A DNA stretch of 64,000 nt from the NCBI GenBank assembly GCA_965205505.1, contig CBDBHB010000008.1:640001-704000 (forward strand), given 5' to 3'. Positions 30,699 to 40,528 of this stretch are shown piece by piece. The first letter of the stretch is position 1, and each line of letters begins with the position of its first letter. Position numbers and translations under genes: made by a program. Source of the DNA: Acidobacteriota bacterium. GTDB lineage: Bacteria > Acidobacteriota > UBA890 > WLXD01. Under the pieces are notes generated by a model. That model searched no databases and was not told where the DNA came from. It saw nothing but the letters and a program-made list of their open reading frames with translations.

Positions 30699-32114
30699 CT
30701 ACTCGGCTCGCGCCAAATCCACGATGACGTCCCACATGAATTGGACGAAGCGGTGTAGCTCGTCTTCCAGGATGCGCTCCTGGTCACTGTGCGCACCGAA
30801 TCCCTTCGGGCCGTCTTCCCGGTCGATCGCCGGACCGATGCCGTAACACTCGATTCCCTTGGCGCGCAGGTACGCCATGTCGGTGGCGCCCGTCGCCATC
30901 ACCGGCAGGGTGACGGTGTCGTAGTGCTTGCTGATGTTGGCTTCGATGGTATGGAAAGCTTCGGTGTCGAGGCGCGACGCGCCCGGCGGGCGAAGGTTGC
31001 GTTGACCGAGCGAGACCTCGACCGCCGGGTCGTCGATCACCCTACGGATCTCGTCGAGGAACGCCGCAATGTCCTCGTCGGGAAGCGCGCGCAGGTCAAC
31101 CGAGCCGCTGGCGTCGGAGGGAATGATGTTGATTCGATAGCCGGCTTCGATGATCGTCGGCGACAGTGACGAACGTATCATCGAGGCGTGGCGTGGCTCA
31201 TGCTCGAGGAAATGCTCGTCGGCCGCACTCGCGGTCTCCGGATCGAGCACCTGCAGGTAGCGTGCCGCCGCCTCCGGCTCAGAGATCGCCGCCAACCGAC
31301 GAAAGTACTCGCTGGTGGTCTCGTTCAAGCGGATCGGGCTACGCCAGTCGGCGATCGCCGTGATCGCCTTGGACAGGTGCGCCACCGCGTTGGTCTTCAA
31401 CGGGACGGATCCGTGGCCGGCAACACCACGGGCTACCAATTCGACGCGATAGGGGATCTTCTCGACCGTCTCCACGGAGGCGTAGCGCACCGCCCCCGAG
31501 ACACGTGTGACGCTGCCCCCCTCTGCCAGGCAGTACTCCGCCTCGATCTGGTCGAGATGGTTGTCGACCATGAACTCGATCCCGTACTGCGTACTCCCCT
31601 CCTCTCCCGACTCGGCCAGGAAGATGACATCGCGCTCCAGCGCTACTTCGCGGCGGGCAAGCTCGAGCATGACCATCATGCCGGCAACGACGTTGTCCTT
31701 GTCATCGACCGTGCCGCGGCTGTAGATGTAGCCGTCGGCCAACGTGCCGCTGAACGGCGGGTAGGTCCACTTCTCGGGATCGACGTTTACCGTGTCGGTA
31801 TGCCCCATGATCAGCAGCGGCGGCTTCGCTCCCGAACCACGGAGCCGTGCCACGAGGTTGGGGCGGTCGTCGTCGGTGGCAAACATCTGCACGGCAATAC
31901 CCTCGGCCTCGAGGACGTCTCTGATGTACTCGGCCGCCGGCCGTTCGATGCCGGGTGGATCGCTCGTATCGAACCGCAACAGCGCCTGGAAATGGCGCAG
32001 GGTCTCCGCTTCGAATGCCGCCAGGTCCGACTCAGATCTCTGTGCCAGAACGGGCGCCTGCGCCAGAAACGTCAACGACAACGGCACCATGAAACACGCG
32101 ACGAGTCTCTTCAT
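30699..32114 (-). CDS. M20/M25/M40 metallohydrolase, secreted
   Basis: GHTDTV, RGTVDDK, GEEG, AGHGS, GATD and GAHSDQE. Confidence 0.9.
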   Translation of the reverse strand: MKRLVACFMVPLSLTFLAQAPVLAQRSESDLAAFEAETLRHFQALLRFDTSDPPGIERPAAEYIRDVLEAEGIAVQMFATDDDRPNLVARLRGSGAKPPLLIMGHTDTVNVDPEKWTYPPFSGTLADGYIYSRGTVDDKDNVVAGMMVMLELARREVALERDVIFLAESGEEGSTQYGIEFMVDNHLDQIEAEYCLAEGGSVTRVSGAVRYASVETVEKIPYRVELVARGVAGHGSVPLKTNAVAHLSKAITAIADWRSPIRLNETTSEYFRRLAAISEPEAAARYLQVLDPETASAADEHFLEHEPRHASMIRSSLSPTIIEAGYRINIIPSDASGSVDLRALPDEDIAAFLDEIRRVIDDPAVEVSLGQRNLRPPGASRLDTEAFHTIEANISKHYDTVTLPVMATGATDMAYLRAKGIECYGIGPAIDREDGPKGFGAHSDQERILEDELHRFVQFMWDVIVDLARAE

Positions 32115-33154
32115 GTCGCAACACTACCAAGGCTGCTGTCGTCGGATTCGCCGTGCACCACATCTACGAGCGCCTGAACGCTCTCCAGGGGCGTACCCGG
32201 CTGGATGCCGTGTCCGAGGTTGACGACATGACCCAGCGGCGGAACGTGCGCCAGCAGATCACCCGCGGCGGCGCGAGTCGCATCGGGCCCCGCCAAGAGG
32301 ACGGCGGGGTCGATGTTGCCCTGCAGTGCCTTGGCTGGACCGATCTGCTCGCGGACGGCCCCCAGATCGACCTTCCAGTCGAGCGAGAAGCACTCGGCGG
32401 GTAGCTCCAAGACCGAGTCGAGCAAGTGGGCGCTGTCCTGAAAATAGAGGATTCGAGGCACGTCGGCCCGCCGCAGCTCATGCAACAGATCCCGCAGGTG
32501 CGGTCGCACCTGACGGTGCCAGTCGCGACGCGACAACAGCCCGCCCCACGAGTCGAAGACCTGTACCGCTTGGGCGCCAGCTTTCGCCTGCTCGATCAGG
32601 AAAGCGGCGGCAAGACGTGCGAGCTTTGCAAGCAACGTCTCGAAGGTTCGCGGATCTCCGGCCGCCATCGCCCGCAACCGAGGGAACCCTCTGACACCGC
32701 GTCCCTCGACCAGGTAGGCGGCCAGGGAAAGAGGGGCTCCCGCAAAGCCGAGGAGCGCCACATCCTCGCCTAGCTCACGTCGAACCAGGCGCAGTGTCTC
32801 GATCACGGTGGGTCCGATCTCGGCGACATCCGGTTCGGGCAGCGCCGCGACATCGGCCGGCGTCCGAATTGGCTGATCCAGCACCGGCCCGGGGTCGAAC
32901 CGCACCGGTATGCCCAGCGCCGGGATCGGGCTCATCAAGTCTGCAAAGATGATCGCCGCATCCAGCGGGTACCGTTTGAGCGGCAGCAGCGTCACCTCCG
33001 CGGCGAGCTCGGGCGAGCCGGCGAGCTGCTCGAAGCTGTGCTCCTTGCGCAGGGCACGGTACTCGGGCAGGTAGCGTCCCGCCTGGCGCATGATCCACAG
33101 CGGCCTTCGAGGGGTAGGCTCGCCGCGCAGCGACGACAGCAGCAGATTGCTCAA
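32111..33154 (-). CDS. hemE: Uroporphyrinogen decarboxylase
   Basis: PLWIMRQAGRYLPEYR, DAAIIFAD, GFAGAP, QVFDSW, LQGNIDP and NLGHGI; the TTG start overlaps the regulator stop. Confidence 0.95.
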   Translation of the reverse strand: MSNLLLSSLRGEPTPRRPLWIMRQAGRYLPEYRALRKEHSFEQLAGSPELAAEVTLLPLKRYPLDAAIIFADLMSPIPALGIPVRFDPGPVLDQPIRTPADVAALPEPDVAEIGPTVIETLRLVRRELGEDVALLGFAGAPLSLAAYLVEGRGVRGFPRLRAMAAGDPRTFETLLAKLARLAAAFLIEQAKAGAQAVQVFDSWGGLLSRRDWHRQVRPHLRDLLHELRRADVPRILYFQDSAHLLDSVLELPAECFSLDWKVDLGAVREQIGPAKALQGNIDPAVLLAGPDATRAAAGDLLAHVPPLGHVVNLGHGIQPGTPLESVQALVDVVHGESDDSSLGSVAT

Positions 33155-33867
33155 TCTTCCAACCCCTGCGGCGTGAACCGGTAGCCCACCCCGCGCACCG
33201 TGTGGAAGTAGCGAGGTTCCTGCGGGTTGGGCTCGAAGCGTTTGCGCAGTCGAACGATGAAGTTGTCGATCGTGCGCGAGGAGGGGTACAGGTCGTAGCC
33301 CCACACCTTGTCGAGGATCTCCTCGCGCGACACGACCTCTCCGGCGCGCTCGGCAAGCGCCTTGAGGATCATCGCTTCTTTCTGCGTCAGCGTTTGCTCG
33401 CCGCCATGCCAAGAGCGTCCTTCGAACGTTCTCAGATCGAACTCGTTGTCTCCGAAGCGAATGACAGCGTCCCCAAAGGGCATCACCTCATACCATCGGC
33501 GGCGACGCAGGATGGCGCGCACGCGTAGCAGGAACTCCTGCAGGTGAAAGGGCTTGGGCAGGTAATCGTCGCCGCCGGCCGCAAGCCCTTGGATCCGATC
33601 GTCGACCGAATCCTTGGCGCTCAGGAACAGCACGGGTACATCGCGGCCCTTCTCGCGCGCCGCCTCACAAACCGTGAAGCCATCGAGCCCCGGAAGCATC
33701 ACGTCGAGCACTACGAGGTCATAGCCGACCTCGAGAATGCGATCGAGCGCGTCGCGTCCGTTGACGATTGTCTCCACGAGATAGCCCTCGGCTTCCAGGT
33801 TCTCGGCGATGCCAGCGGCCAGATGAGGCTCGTCCTCCACAACGAGGATCAACGGTGCGGTGCTCAC
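33151..33867 (-). CDS. OmpR/PhoB-family response regulator (HemR-like by position)
   Basis: VVEDE, LDVMLP, LSAK and GDDYLPKPF; winged helix SREEIL..VWG..RTIDNFIVRLRKRFE..HTVRGVGY. Confidence 0.9.
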   Translation of the reverse strand: MSTAPLILVVEDEPHLAAGIAENLEAEGYLVETIVNGRDALDRILEVGYDLVVLDVMLPGLDGFTVCEAAREKGRDVPVLFLSAKDSVDDRIQGLAAGGDDYLPKPFHLQEFLLRVRAILRRRRWYEVMPFGDAVIRFGDNEFDLRTFEGRSWHGGEQTLTQKEAMILKALAERAGEVVSREEILDKVWGYDLYPSSRTIDNFIVRLRKRFEPNPQEPRYFHTVRGVGYRFTPQGLED

Positions 33868-33924
33868 GACACAATCTCTGGCTGCAGGCGCGTTGCAAAT
33901 GATCGACGCAGTAGTGCGCAGTCT

Positions 33925-35220
33925 CTACTTCTCGGACCCCGAGGCAAGGGCGACCGCCAAGGCCTCGGCCAGTCGTCCGATGTGCTCCTCGGTATGCGCC
34001 AGCGAAAGGAATCCCACTTCATATGCGGAGGGGGCCAGGGCGATCCCCTGATCAACGAGTTGGCGAAAGAGGGAACTGTACGTGCCGGCGGCCTGACCGT
34101 CGATCTCCGAAGGTGCCCGTGGTGGTTGGCTGGCGTGAAACGCCAGCCAGAAGATCGAACCGAGGCGCACGAGCCGGACGGGAACCGGAGAACGTTCGAG
34201 AACCGGCACAACCGCTTGCTCTAGGGCTTGCCCGAGCTCCTCGAGCCGGTCCCAGCCCTGGTCGCGCTCCAGGATGCGCAGCGTCGTCAGGCCAGCCGCC
34301 ATCGCTACGGGATTACCCGACAGCGTGCCGGCCTGGTAGACGGCTCCGCCGGGAGCAAGGTGGCTCATCACTTCGCGTCGGCCGCCAAACGCTCCGACCG
34401 GCATGCCACCACCAATGACCTTGCCAAAGGCGGCGAGATCGGGCGTGATGCCGTAGTGCTCGGCGGCGCCGCCTTTGCCGAGGCGAAAACCCGTGATCAC
34501 CTCATCGAAGATCAGCAGAGCGCCGCAACGCTCGGTCTCGCGGCGCAGCACGGTCAGAAACTCTGGACGCTGTAGCAGCAGGCCGTTGTTCGCTGGTACG
34601 GGCTCGATGATAACCGCGGCAATAGCGTCCCCTTCATCGCGAAGCAGATCTGCCGCCCGAGCGGTGTCGTCGAGCGGCAGGACCCTGGTGTGAGCAACGA
34701 AGTCGTCCGGCACGCCAGCTGACGAGGGCGACCCGAAGGTCGCGAGTCCGGAGCCGGCCTCCACAAGAAGGTGATCGGCGTGCCCGTGGTAACACCCCGA
34801 GAACTTGACGATCAGATCTCGACCGGTGGCGCCTCGCGCCAGGCGAATCGCGCTCATCGTGGCCTCGGTTCCCGATGACACGCATCGCACCTGCTCTATG
34901 CCGGGGTAGGCGGAAACCACGTGCTCGGCCAGCTCGATCTCTGCCCGACACGGGGCTCCGTATGTGGTCCCGCGCTCGGCCGACTCGCAGATGGTAGCGA
35001 CCACCTCGGGGTGTGCGTGGCCGAGGATCAGAGGGCCCCAAGAGCAGACGAAATCGAGGAACGAACGGCCATCCTCGTCGACGATCTCGGCCCCAGCCGC
35101 GCTTCGGATCACCAGCGGCTCGCCGCCGACAGCACGAAAAGCCCGCACTGGTGAGTTGACGCCGCTGGGCAGCACCCGGAGTGCGCGTTCAAAAAGAGCT
35201 TCGTTCTGGCTCAGATCCAT
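33925..35220 (-). CDS. hemL: Glutamate-1-semialdehyde 2,1-aminomutase
   Basis: GVNSPVRAF, SWGPLILGH, SGTEATMSAIR, YHGHAD, FDEVITGFR, GKVIGGG and YQAGTLSGNP. Confidence 0.97.
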   Translation of the reverse strand: MDLSQNEALFERALRVLPSGVNSPVRAFRAVGGEPLVIRSAAGAEIVDEDGRSFLDFVCSWGPLILGHAHPEVVATICESAERGTTYGAPCRAEIELAEHVVSAYPGIEQVRCVSSGTEATMSAIRLARGATGRDLIVKFSGCYHGHADHLLVEAGSGLATFGSPSSAGVPDDFVAHTRVLPLDDTARAADLLRDEGDAIAAVIIEPVPANNGLLLQRPEFLTVLRRETERCGALLIFDEVITGFRLGKGGAAEHYGITPDLAAFGKVIGGGMPVGAFGGRREVMSHLAPGGAVYQAGTLSGNPVAMAAGLTTLRILERDQGWDRLEELGQALEQAVVPVLERSPVPVRLVRLGSIFWLAFHASQPPRAPSEIDGQAAGTYSSLFRQLVDQGIALAPSAYEVGFLSLAHTEEHIGRLAEALAVALASGSEK

Positions 35221-36206
35221 CCCCCGGCGAGTGCGTCACGAGCATGATAGGTGATCACGATGTCGGCCCCGGCGCGGCGAATGGCATGCAGGTTTTCGCT
35301 GACGATCCGTCTCTCGTCGAGCCAGCCTGCCTCGGCGGCCGCCTTGACGGCCGAGTATTCGCCCGAGACGTTGTAGGCGACCAGCGGGAGTCGGCTCGCT
35401 GCTCGCACCCGCGCAATCACGTCCAGATAGGCCAGAGCCGGCTTCACCATCAGCATATCGGCGCCCTCCTCCTCGTCGAGAAGCGCCTCGCGTATCGCCT
35501 CTTCGACGTTTCGGGGGTCCATCTGGTAGGAACAGCGATCGCCGTGACCGGGCGCCGATTCCGCCGCGTCGCGGAACGGTCCGTAGTAGGCGGAGGCGAA
35601 CTTCGCTGAATAAGACATGATCCCGGTAGTGGTGAGCTCTCGTTCGTCGAGTGCGTCCCGGATCGCTGCCACGCGTCCGTCCATCATGTCCGAGGGTGCC
35701 ACCAAGTCGGCGCCCGCTTCGGCGTGGGACACGGCCATCGCGGCAAGCGGGGCCAGCGAGCTGTCGTTGTCGACCTGGCCATCGCTGGTCAGCAGGCCAC
35801 AGTGGCCATGGTCGGTGTAAGCACAGAGGCATACGTCGGTGACCACAACGAGGTCGTCGCCGAAAGCGGTCTTGATCTCGCGCACGGCGCGCGCCACCGG
35901 GGCCTGTGGGTCGGCGGCGGCGACGCCGTCGGGCCCTTTGCTCTCGGGGGCAGGCACGCCGAAAAGAAGTACCGTGCGAATTCCCAGCGCCAGGTCCTTT
36001 TCGATCTGCGTCAGTAATTCGGCACGACCAAGGCGCGCAATGCCCGGCATCGACGCGATCGGCTCCTCTCCGTGCTCGCTCGGCAGCACGAAATGCGGCA
36101 TGACGAGAACGTCGGCGCTCACTCGGGTCTCGGCAACGAGATTCCGCAATGCGGCCGTCCTACGTGTCCGACGAGGGCGTTTTCGTCCCGGTAGCGTTGT
36201 GCTCAT
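35211..36206 (-). CDS. hemB: Porphobilinogen synthase (Zn-type)
   Basis: DVCLCAYTDHGHCG, APSDMMDGRV, YSAKFASAYYGPFRDA, MVKPALAYLD and AYNVSGEY. Confidence 0.97.
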   Translation of the reverse strand: MSTTLPGRKRPRRTRRTAALRNLVAETRVSADVLVMPHFVLPSEHGEEPIASMPGIARLGRAELLTQIEKDLALGIRTVLLFGVPAPESKGPDGVAAADPQAPVARAVREIKTAFGDDLVVVTDVCLCAYTDHGHCGLLTSDGQVDNDSSLAPLAAMAVSHAEAGADLVAPSDMMDGRVAAIRDALDERELTTTGIMSYSAKFASAYYGPFRDAAESAPGHGDRCSYQMDPRNVEEAIREALLDEEEGADMLMVKPALAYLDVIARVRAASRLPLVAYNVSGEYSAVKAAAEAGWLDERRIVSENLHAIRRAGADIVITYHARDALAGGWI

Positions 36207-36991
36207 TGACGGCTCTCCGCGTAGACAACGGTTTCCCGCAGGGCGTCCAGCAAACCTCCCAGGCTCCGTCTCGTGGCCTCGGAGCTTACCTTCAAGCCAG
36301 CCTCCGCTGCCGCTTCGGTGGTCGATGGACCGATCGAGATCACCGGCAACCCGGCCGGCACCGACGCCTGGTTGAGCAGGCCGTCGACAGCCGACGGGCT
36401 GGCCAGGAAGATGGCATCCAGGTTCCACGCGGCGAGATCGTGGCGCGGTTCCTTCGCGGGCGCCGGAAGGGTGCGGTAAACGGAGAATCGAGCCACAGGC
36501 ACCCCCGCGTCCTTCAGGCGTTGCTCGAGCTCGGGCCGCGCCCGGTCCGGCCCCACCACCACGACGCTGGCTGGCGGTCCCGTCTGGCCGGAGGACAGCA
36601 AGGCGATCAGCGCGTCCGCCAGCGACGCAGCGGTGCCGTCGGGTGCCACCAGGTCGACCCGGCCCCAGTGCTTCCTGGCGGCTACCTCGGTGGCTGGACC
36701 GACGGCCGCGACGTGAGTACGGCGCCAACGATCGGCGCTCGGTGCGAGCAGATCGGCAACGTTGGCAACGCCGCGAGGCGAGGTCAGCACGAGCCAATCA
36801 GCGCGCTCGATCGCGGATTCCAGTTTCTCGCCGAGAGCCGTGGAGCGGATCGACTCGCAGACGATGCAGGGAAGGGCAACAGCCTCGGCGCCGGCGTCCT
36901 CGATCCGCGCCGCCCACGGCTGGTTGTCGTCCTGTGCGCGCGTCAGCAAGATCCTGCAGCCGACGGGGAACTGCGTTGAGCTTGCCATCAA
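36203..36991 (-). CDS. hemD: Uroporphyrinogen-III synthase
   Basis: ILLTR, LTSPRGV, AVGPAT, VYRT, ASPSAV and IGPSTT; lies between hemC and hemB. Confidence 0.85.
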   Translation of the reverse strand: MMASSTQFPVGCRILLTRAQDDNQPWAARIEDAGAEAVALPCIVCESIRSTALGEKLESAIERADWLVLTSPRGVANVADLLAPSADRWRRTHVAAVGPATEVAARKHWGRVDLVAPDGTAASLADALIALLSSGQTGPPASVVVVGPDRARPELEQRLKDAGVPVARFSVYRTLPAPAKEPRHDLAAWNLDAIFLASPSAVDGLLNQASVPAGLPVISIGPSTTEAAAEAGLKVSSEATRRSLGGLLDALRETVVYAESRQ

Positions 36992-37950
36992 GCCTGATCC
37001 TGGACCACGGACGCCGGTGCCGGCGCGTTCTGCAGCAGCTGCGCGGCGGCAGACTCAGCGATCTGGTCGACGTCGCTGCCTCTCGACTCGGCCCGCCGCA
37101 GGATCGGGCCAACTCCGAGAACGGCGGTCAGCTCGAGCTCACCGTGCGCGTTGGCGCGACACCAGGCGCCAACTGCAACCTGACAGCCGCCTTCAACCAG
37201 GCCGAGGAGGCGGCGCTCGACGTCAACCTCGCGGCGCGAGCTCGGCGAGTCGATCGCCGCGATGGCGTCGCGCGTCGGCGCGTCGGCGGCGCGCACCTGC
37301 ACCGCCAATGCCCCCTGGGATGGTGCCGGCACGAAGATCTCAGGGTCGAGACGACGCTCGACGATGCCCTCGAGAACGTCCGCTGAGGCCGGCCCGCTGC
37401 TCGACTCGTCGTTGTCTCGTAGCCGCTCCAGCCCCGCCATCGCCAGCACGATGGCATCATAGTCTTGAGTACGAAGCTTGTTGATTCGAGTCGGAACGTT
37501 GCCGCGGATTGGCACGGTCACCAGATCGGGGCGCAACTCGCGCAAGAGCGCCTCTCGCCGAGCCGAACCTGTCCCGACGCGTGCCATCTGTCGCACCGGG
37601 ATCACTCCCTGAGCTGGGGTCACGGAATCGGGTCGAAGCAGCAGACAGTCGGCCGGATCGAGGCGTTCCGGCATCGCCGCGACGACCAGGCCCTCCGGGC
37701 TCACCGTTGGAAGGTCTTTGTACGAGTGGACCGCGACATCGATCTCCTCTGCCAGCAGCGCCGCCTCGATCTCACGCACGAAGATCCCGGCAGCACCGAT
37801 GGCGTGGAAGGGCAGTTGCTGCTCACGGTCGCCGGCCGTTGCGATGAGGCAGATCTCCACCGCATGGCCTTGCCGCTGCAGCAGAGTCGCAACGCGGGCC
37901 GTCTGCGTCCTGGCCAGCCGCGAGCCGCGCGTGCCGATTCGAAGCCTCAC
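36988..37950 (-). CDS. hemC: Hydroxymethylbilane synthase
   Basis: IGTRGSRLA, AVHSYKDLP, GTGSARR, IRGNVPTR, PAPSQGAL and EGGC. Confidence 0.95.
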   Translation of the reverse strand: MRLRIGTRGSRLARTQTARVATLLQRQGHAVEICLIATAGDREQQLPFHAIGAAGIFVREIEAALLAEEIDVAVHSYKDLPTVSPEGLVVAAMPERLDPADCLLLRPDSVTPAQGVIPVRQMARVGTGSARREALLRELRPDLVTVPIRGNVPTRINKLRTQDYDAIVLAMAGLERLRDNDESSSGPASADVLEGIVERRLDPEIFVPAPSQGALAVQVRAADAPTRDAIAAIDSPSSRREVDVERRLLGLVEGGCQVAVGAWCRANAHGELELTAVLGVGPILRRAESRGSDVDQIAESAAAQLLQNAPAPASVVQDQA

Positions 37951-39287
37951 AAGATCTCCTCGTCACCGAGGTCGCTATCGCCGTCCCCGATACCCGTCGC
38001 AAGATCGGCCAGCCGCGTGATCGTGGGGTCATCGGATGCAGTCAGAAAAGTTCGTATCGCGCCCAGCTCCGACTGCGCGGCGAGGGCTTGCAGACCCACC
38101 GTGGGAACGTGCGCCAGGTGCCGAGCGAGCGTTTCTGCCCAGCGGCGAATCCCCTCTTGTTCCTCTTCACGCACCCCCGCGAGATCACTGCGCAACAGGC
38201 GCTCGACGCTCGCTAGCGCGGTCTCTCGGTAGCGCTGGTTGAGGCCGGCGATCACCGGTGATACAGCTCGCTGAGCCATGCGGCGCCGCAGCGCTACCAA
38301 CGCCTCGTCGACGAGCTCGCGCGCCTCGACCGAGTCGGCACGCCGACGCTCGCTGTTGGCGCGGGCTTCGGCGACGATCTCGTCCATGCCGACGTACTCC
38401 AGGCCGGCCGCAGCGGCCGCATCCGCGTCGATGTCGGGGGGCACCGCCAGATCGACGAGCAACGGCCCTCGGCCCGCCGGCGAGGCGTTGGCCAGGCGAT
38501 CCAACGACTCGCGGCGGAACAGCGGCTCGGGTGCGCCGGTTGCCGAGATGACCACCGCAACGCGGTCCGGGCGTTCCAGAAAGTGGTCGAGGCTACGAGT
38601 GCTGGCGCCGATCGCTGTGCCAAGCTCCTCGGCTCCCTCGCTGCCGCGATTGACGACGATGATCTCGACTCCATCGCTCGCAAGCCGCTCACCGCAGCGC
38701 CGCGTCATCGGCGAGACGCCGATCAGGGCGACTGCCCCGTGGGAGCCATCCAGATGGCCTTGCACACGGTCGAGCGCAATCTCGGCGAGCGAAAGCCGCC
38801 CGGAGCCAAAGTGGCTTCGGGCTCGCACCGAACGGCCAACGCGTAGCGCCTCGCCGAACAGCCATTCGAGGCGAGGGCCCAAGCTGCCCACCTGCCGTGC
38901 CAGCTCCAGGGCTTGCCGCATCTGCCCCGGAATCTCGTGCTCGCCGACGAGGGCCGAGTCGAGGCCAGCGGCGACAAGAAACAGATGCTCGACGGCAGCC
39001 TCGCCGGCCCACATTCGCAGACGCCGCGTTGCCTCTCCGGCTGAGGCCCTGCCGGTCAGCGCTTCGTGTACCTTGCCGCGATACTCGGCAGGCGTTGTGG
39101 TGCCGTCGCCGAGCAGGATCACTTCCACGCGGTTGCAGGTCGCTAGATAAACAACCTCCCGGGCCGCGATCTGGCCCGGTAGCTCGGCGAGACGGGCGGC
39201 GCGCTCTTGCTCGGGGATGGTGTAGGACTCGAGGCCCTGGGCATCGCCGTGACGCCACGAAGCACCGACAACGCAGATCTCATTCAC
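37947..39287 (-). CDS. hemA: Glutamyl-tRNA reductase
   Basis: TCNRVE catalytic motif, HLF.VA.GLDS..VGE.EI.GQ, VNR, SATGA and DLAVP. Confidence 0.9.
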   Translation of the reverse strand: MNEICVVGASWRHGDAQGLESYTIPEQERAARLAELPGQIAAREVVYLATCNRVEVILLGDGTTTPAEYRGKVHEALTGRASAGEATRRLRMWAGEAAVEHLFLVAAGLDSALVGEHEIPGQMRQALELARQVGSLGPRLEWLFGEALRVGRSVRARSHFGSGRLSLAEIALDRVQGHLDGSHGAVALIGVSPMTRRCGERLASDGVEIIVVNRGSEGAEELGTAIGASTRSLDHFLERPDRVAVVISATGAPEPLFRRESLDRLANASPAGRGPLLVDLAVPPDIDADAAAAAGLEYVGMDEIVAEARANSERRRADSVEARELVDEALVALRRRMAQRAVSPVIAGLNQRYRETALASVERLLRSDLAGVREEEQEGIRRWAETLARHLAHVPTVGLQALAAQSELGAIRTFLTASDDPTITRLADLATGIGDGDSDLGDEEIL

Positions 39288-39321
39288 GGCCGCATGTTGT
39301 ACCAGGCGGGGCCGGCTACTG

Positions 39322-39337
39322 TGTCATGGAACTGTCA
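39322..39337 (-). promoter_or_regulatory. TGACA-N6-TGACA direct repeat (OmpR/PhoB-type box) upstream of hemA
   Basis: Minus strand TGACAGTTCCATGACA, 11-bp period; possible -10 TACAAC at 39301-39296. Confidence 0.6.
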
Positions 39338-40474
39338 TGAGCCGAAACCGGCGTCGGCGCGCACGTCGCTGGCGATCATCCGGTCGGCACGCTGCTTCGA
39401 CGCGCGCCCGGCGGCCTCGACCTGCTCTCGAAAGGCCGGTGGTGCAACCCACCCATTCAGCTGGCGTCCTACCAGGTCGACGAGAGCGCGGATGTGGTCG
39501 GGCCGCTCGTTGAGGCATGGGATGAAGCGAAACTGTTCGCCTCCGTTCCCCTCGAACAGCTCCCGGTTCTCGCCATCGATCTCCTCGAGGGTCTCGAGGC
39601 AGTCGGCCGAGAAGCCTGGGCAAACGACGTCGAGCTCCTTGATGCCGGAACGGGCCATAGCTCGCACGGTCACGTCGGTGGTTGGCTTGATCCACTCCTC
39701 GCGACCGAAGCGCGACTGAAAGGCGACCACATAGCGCTCTTCGCCGATGCCGAGCGCCTCGGCCACCAGCCGGCCTGTCTTGTGGCACTGGCAGTGGTAC
39801 GGATCGCCGTTGGACACGTAGCGAAGCGGTATGCCGTGAAACGAGAACAGCAGCCGCTCGGGCTCGCCGTCTCGGTCCCATACCTCGCGAATGGAGCCGG
39901 CAACCGCGGCGATGTACCCGGGATCGTCGTGGTAGGCGTTGATCGTCCGGACCTCCGGAACCCAGCGCCACCTGCGCAGCGAGGCGAAGAGCGCGTCGAA
40001 GGTGCCCCCGGTGCTTGTGCCGGAGTACTGCGGGAAGAGCGGCAACACGACGATGCGGCGGCAGTTCTTACGGCGCAGCTCGGCGAGGGCATCGGCCATC
40101 GAGGGAGAGCCGTAGCACATGCCCAGGGCTACGTGCACGCCACCGCCAAGCTCGGCGGTGAGGCTCTGCTGCACAGCCGCCGCCTGCCGGCGCGCGATTA
40201 CCAACAACGGTGAGCCTTCGTCGCTCCAGATCTTGGCGTACAAGGCGGCGGAGCGTCTGGGCCGCAGCGTCAGCACGAACATGTACAGGATCGGTAGCCA
40301 GCGCCAACGAGGCAGCTCGATGACCCGCGGGTCGCGGAGAAACTGGTGCAGGTAGGGCCGCAGCGCCTTGGCGGTGGGCGCGTCAGGCGTACCCAGGTTG
40401 GCGAGCAGGACGCCGACGGCGGGAATCTCCCCGTGCTCGAACCCCGGCCCTGTGTACTGGTCGTAGTCGGTCAT
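39335..40474 (-). CDS. hemH: Ferrochelatase (protoporphyrin-type)
   Basis: LANLGTP, FLRDPRVI, GSPL, LPLFPQYS, LLFSFHGIP, FQSRFG, GFSADCLETLEEI and PCLN. Confidence 0.95.
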   Translation of the reverse strand: MTDYDQYTGPGFEHGEIPAVGVLLANLGTPDAPTAKALRPYLHQFLRDPRVIELPRWRWLPILYMFVLTLRPRRSAALYAKIWSDEGSPLLVIARRQAAAVQQSLTAELGGGVHVALGMCYGSPSMADALAELRRKNCRRIVVLPLFPQYSGTSTGGTFDALFASLRRWRWVPEVRTINAYHDDPGYIAAVAGSIREVWDRDGEPERLLFSFHGIPLRYVSNGDPYHCQCHKTGRLVAEALGIGEERYVVAFQSRFGREEWIKPTTDVTVRAMARSGIKELDVVCPGFSADCLETLEEIDGENRELFEGNGGEQFRFIPCLNERPDHIRALVDLVGRQLNGWVAPPAFREQVEAAGRASKQRADRMIASDVRADAGFGS

Positions 40475-40494
40475 GGGCAAATTTCGCGTCTCAG

Positions 40495-40528
40495 CTAGCA
40501 GGCCGGGGTGGAAGTGTGATGGGTCTAG
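40495..40528. repeat. CTAG-bounded repeat unit
   Basis: CTAGCAGGCCGGGGTGGAAGTGTG is 23/24 identical to 25950-25973; second CTAG at 40525. Confidence 0.7.

Noticed and set aside
33868-33924. Remnant of a histidine kinase between hemL and the regulator
   Set aside because: Only ~57 bp, with no convincing HATPase motif.
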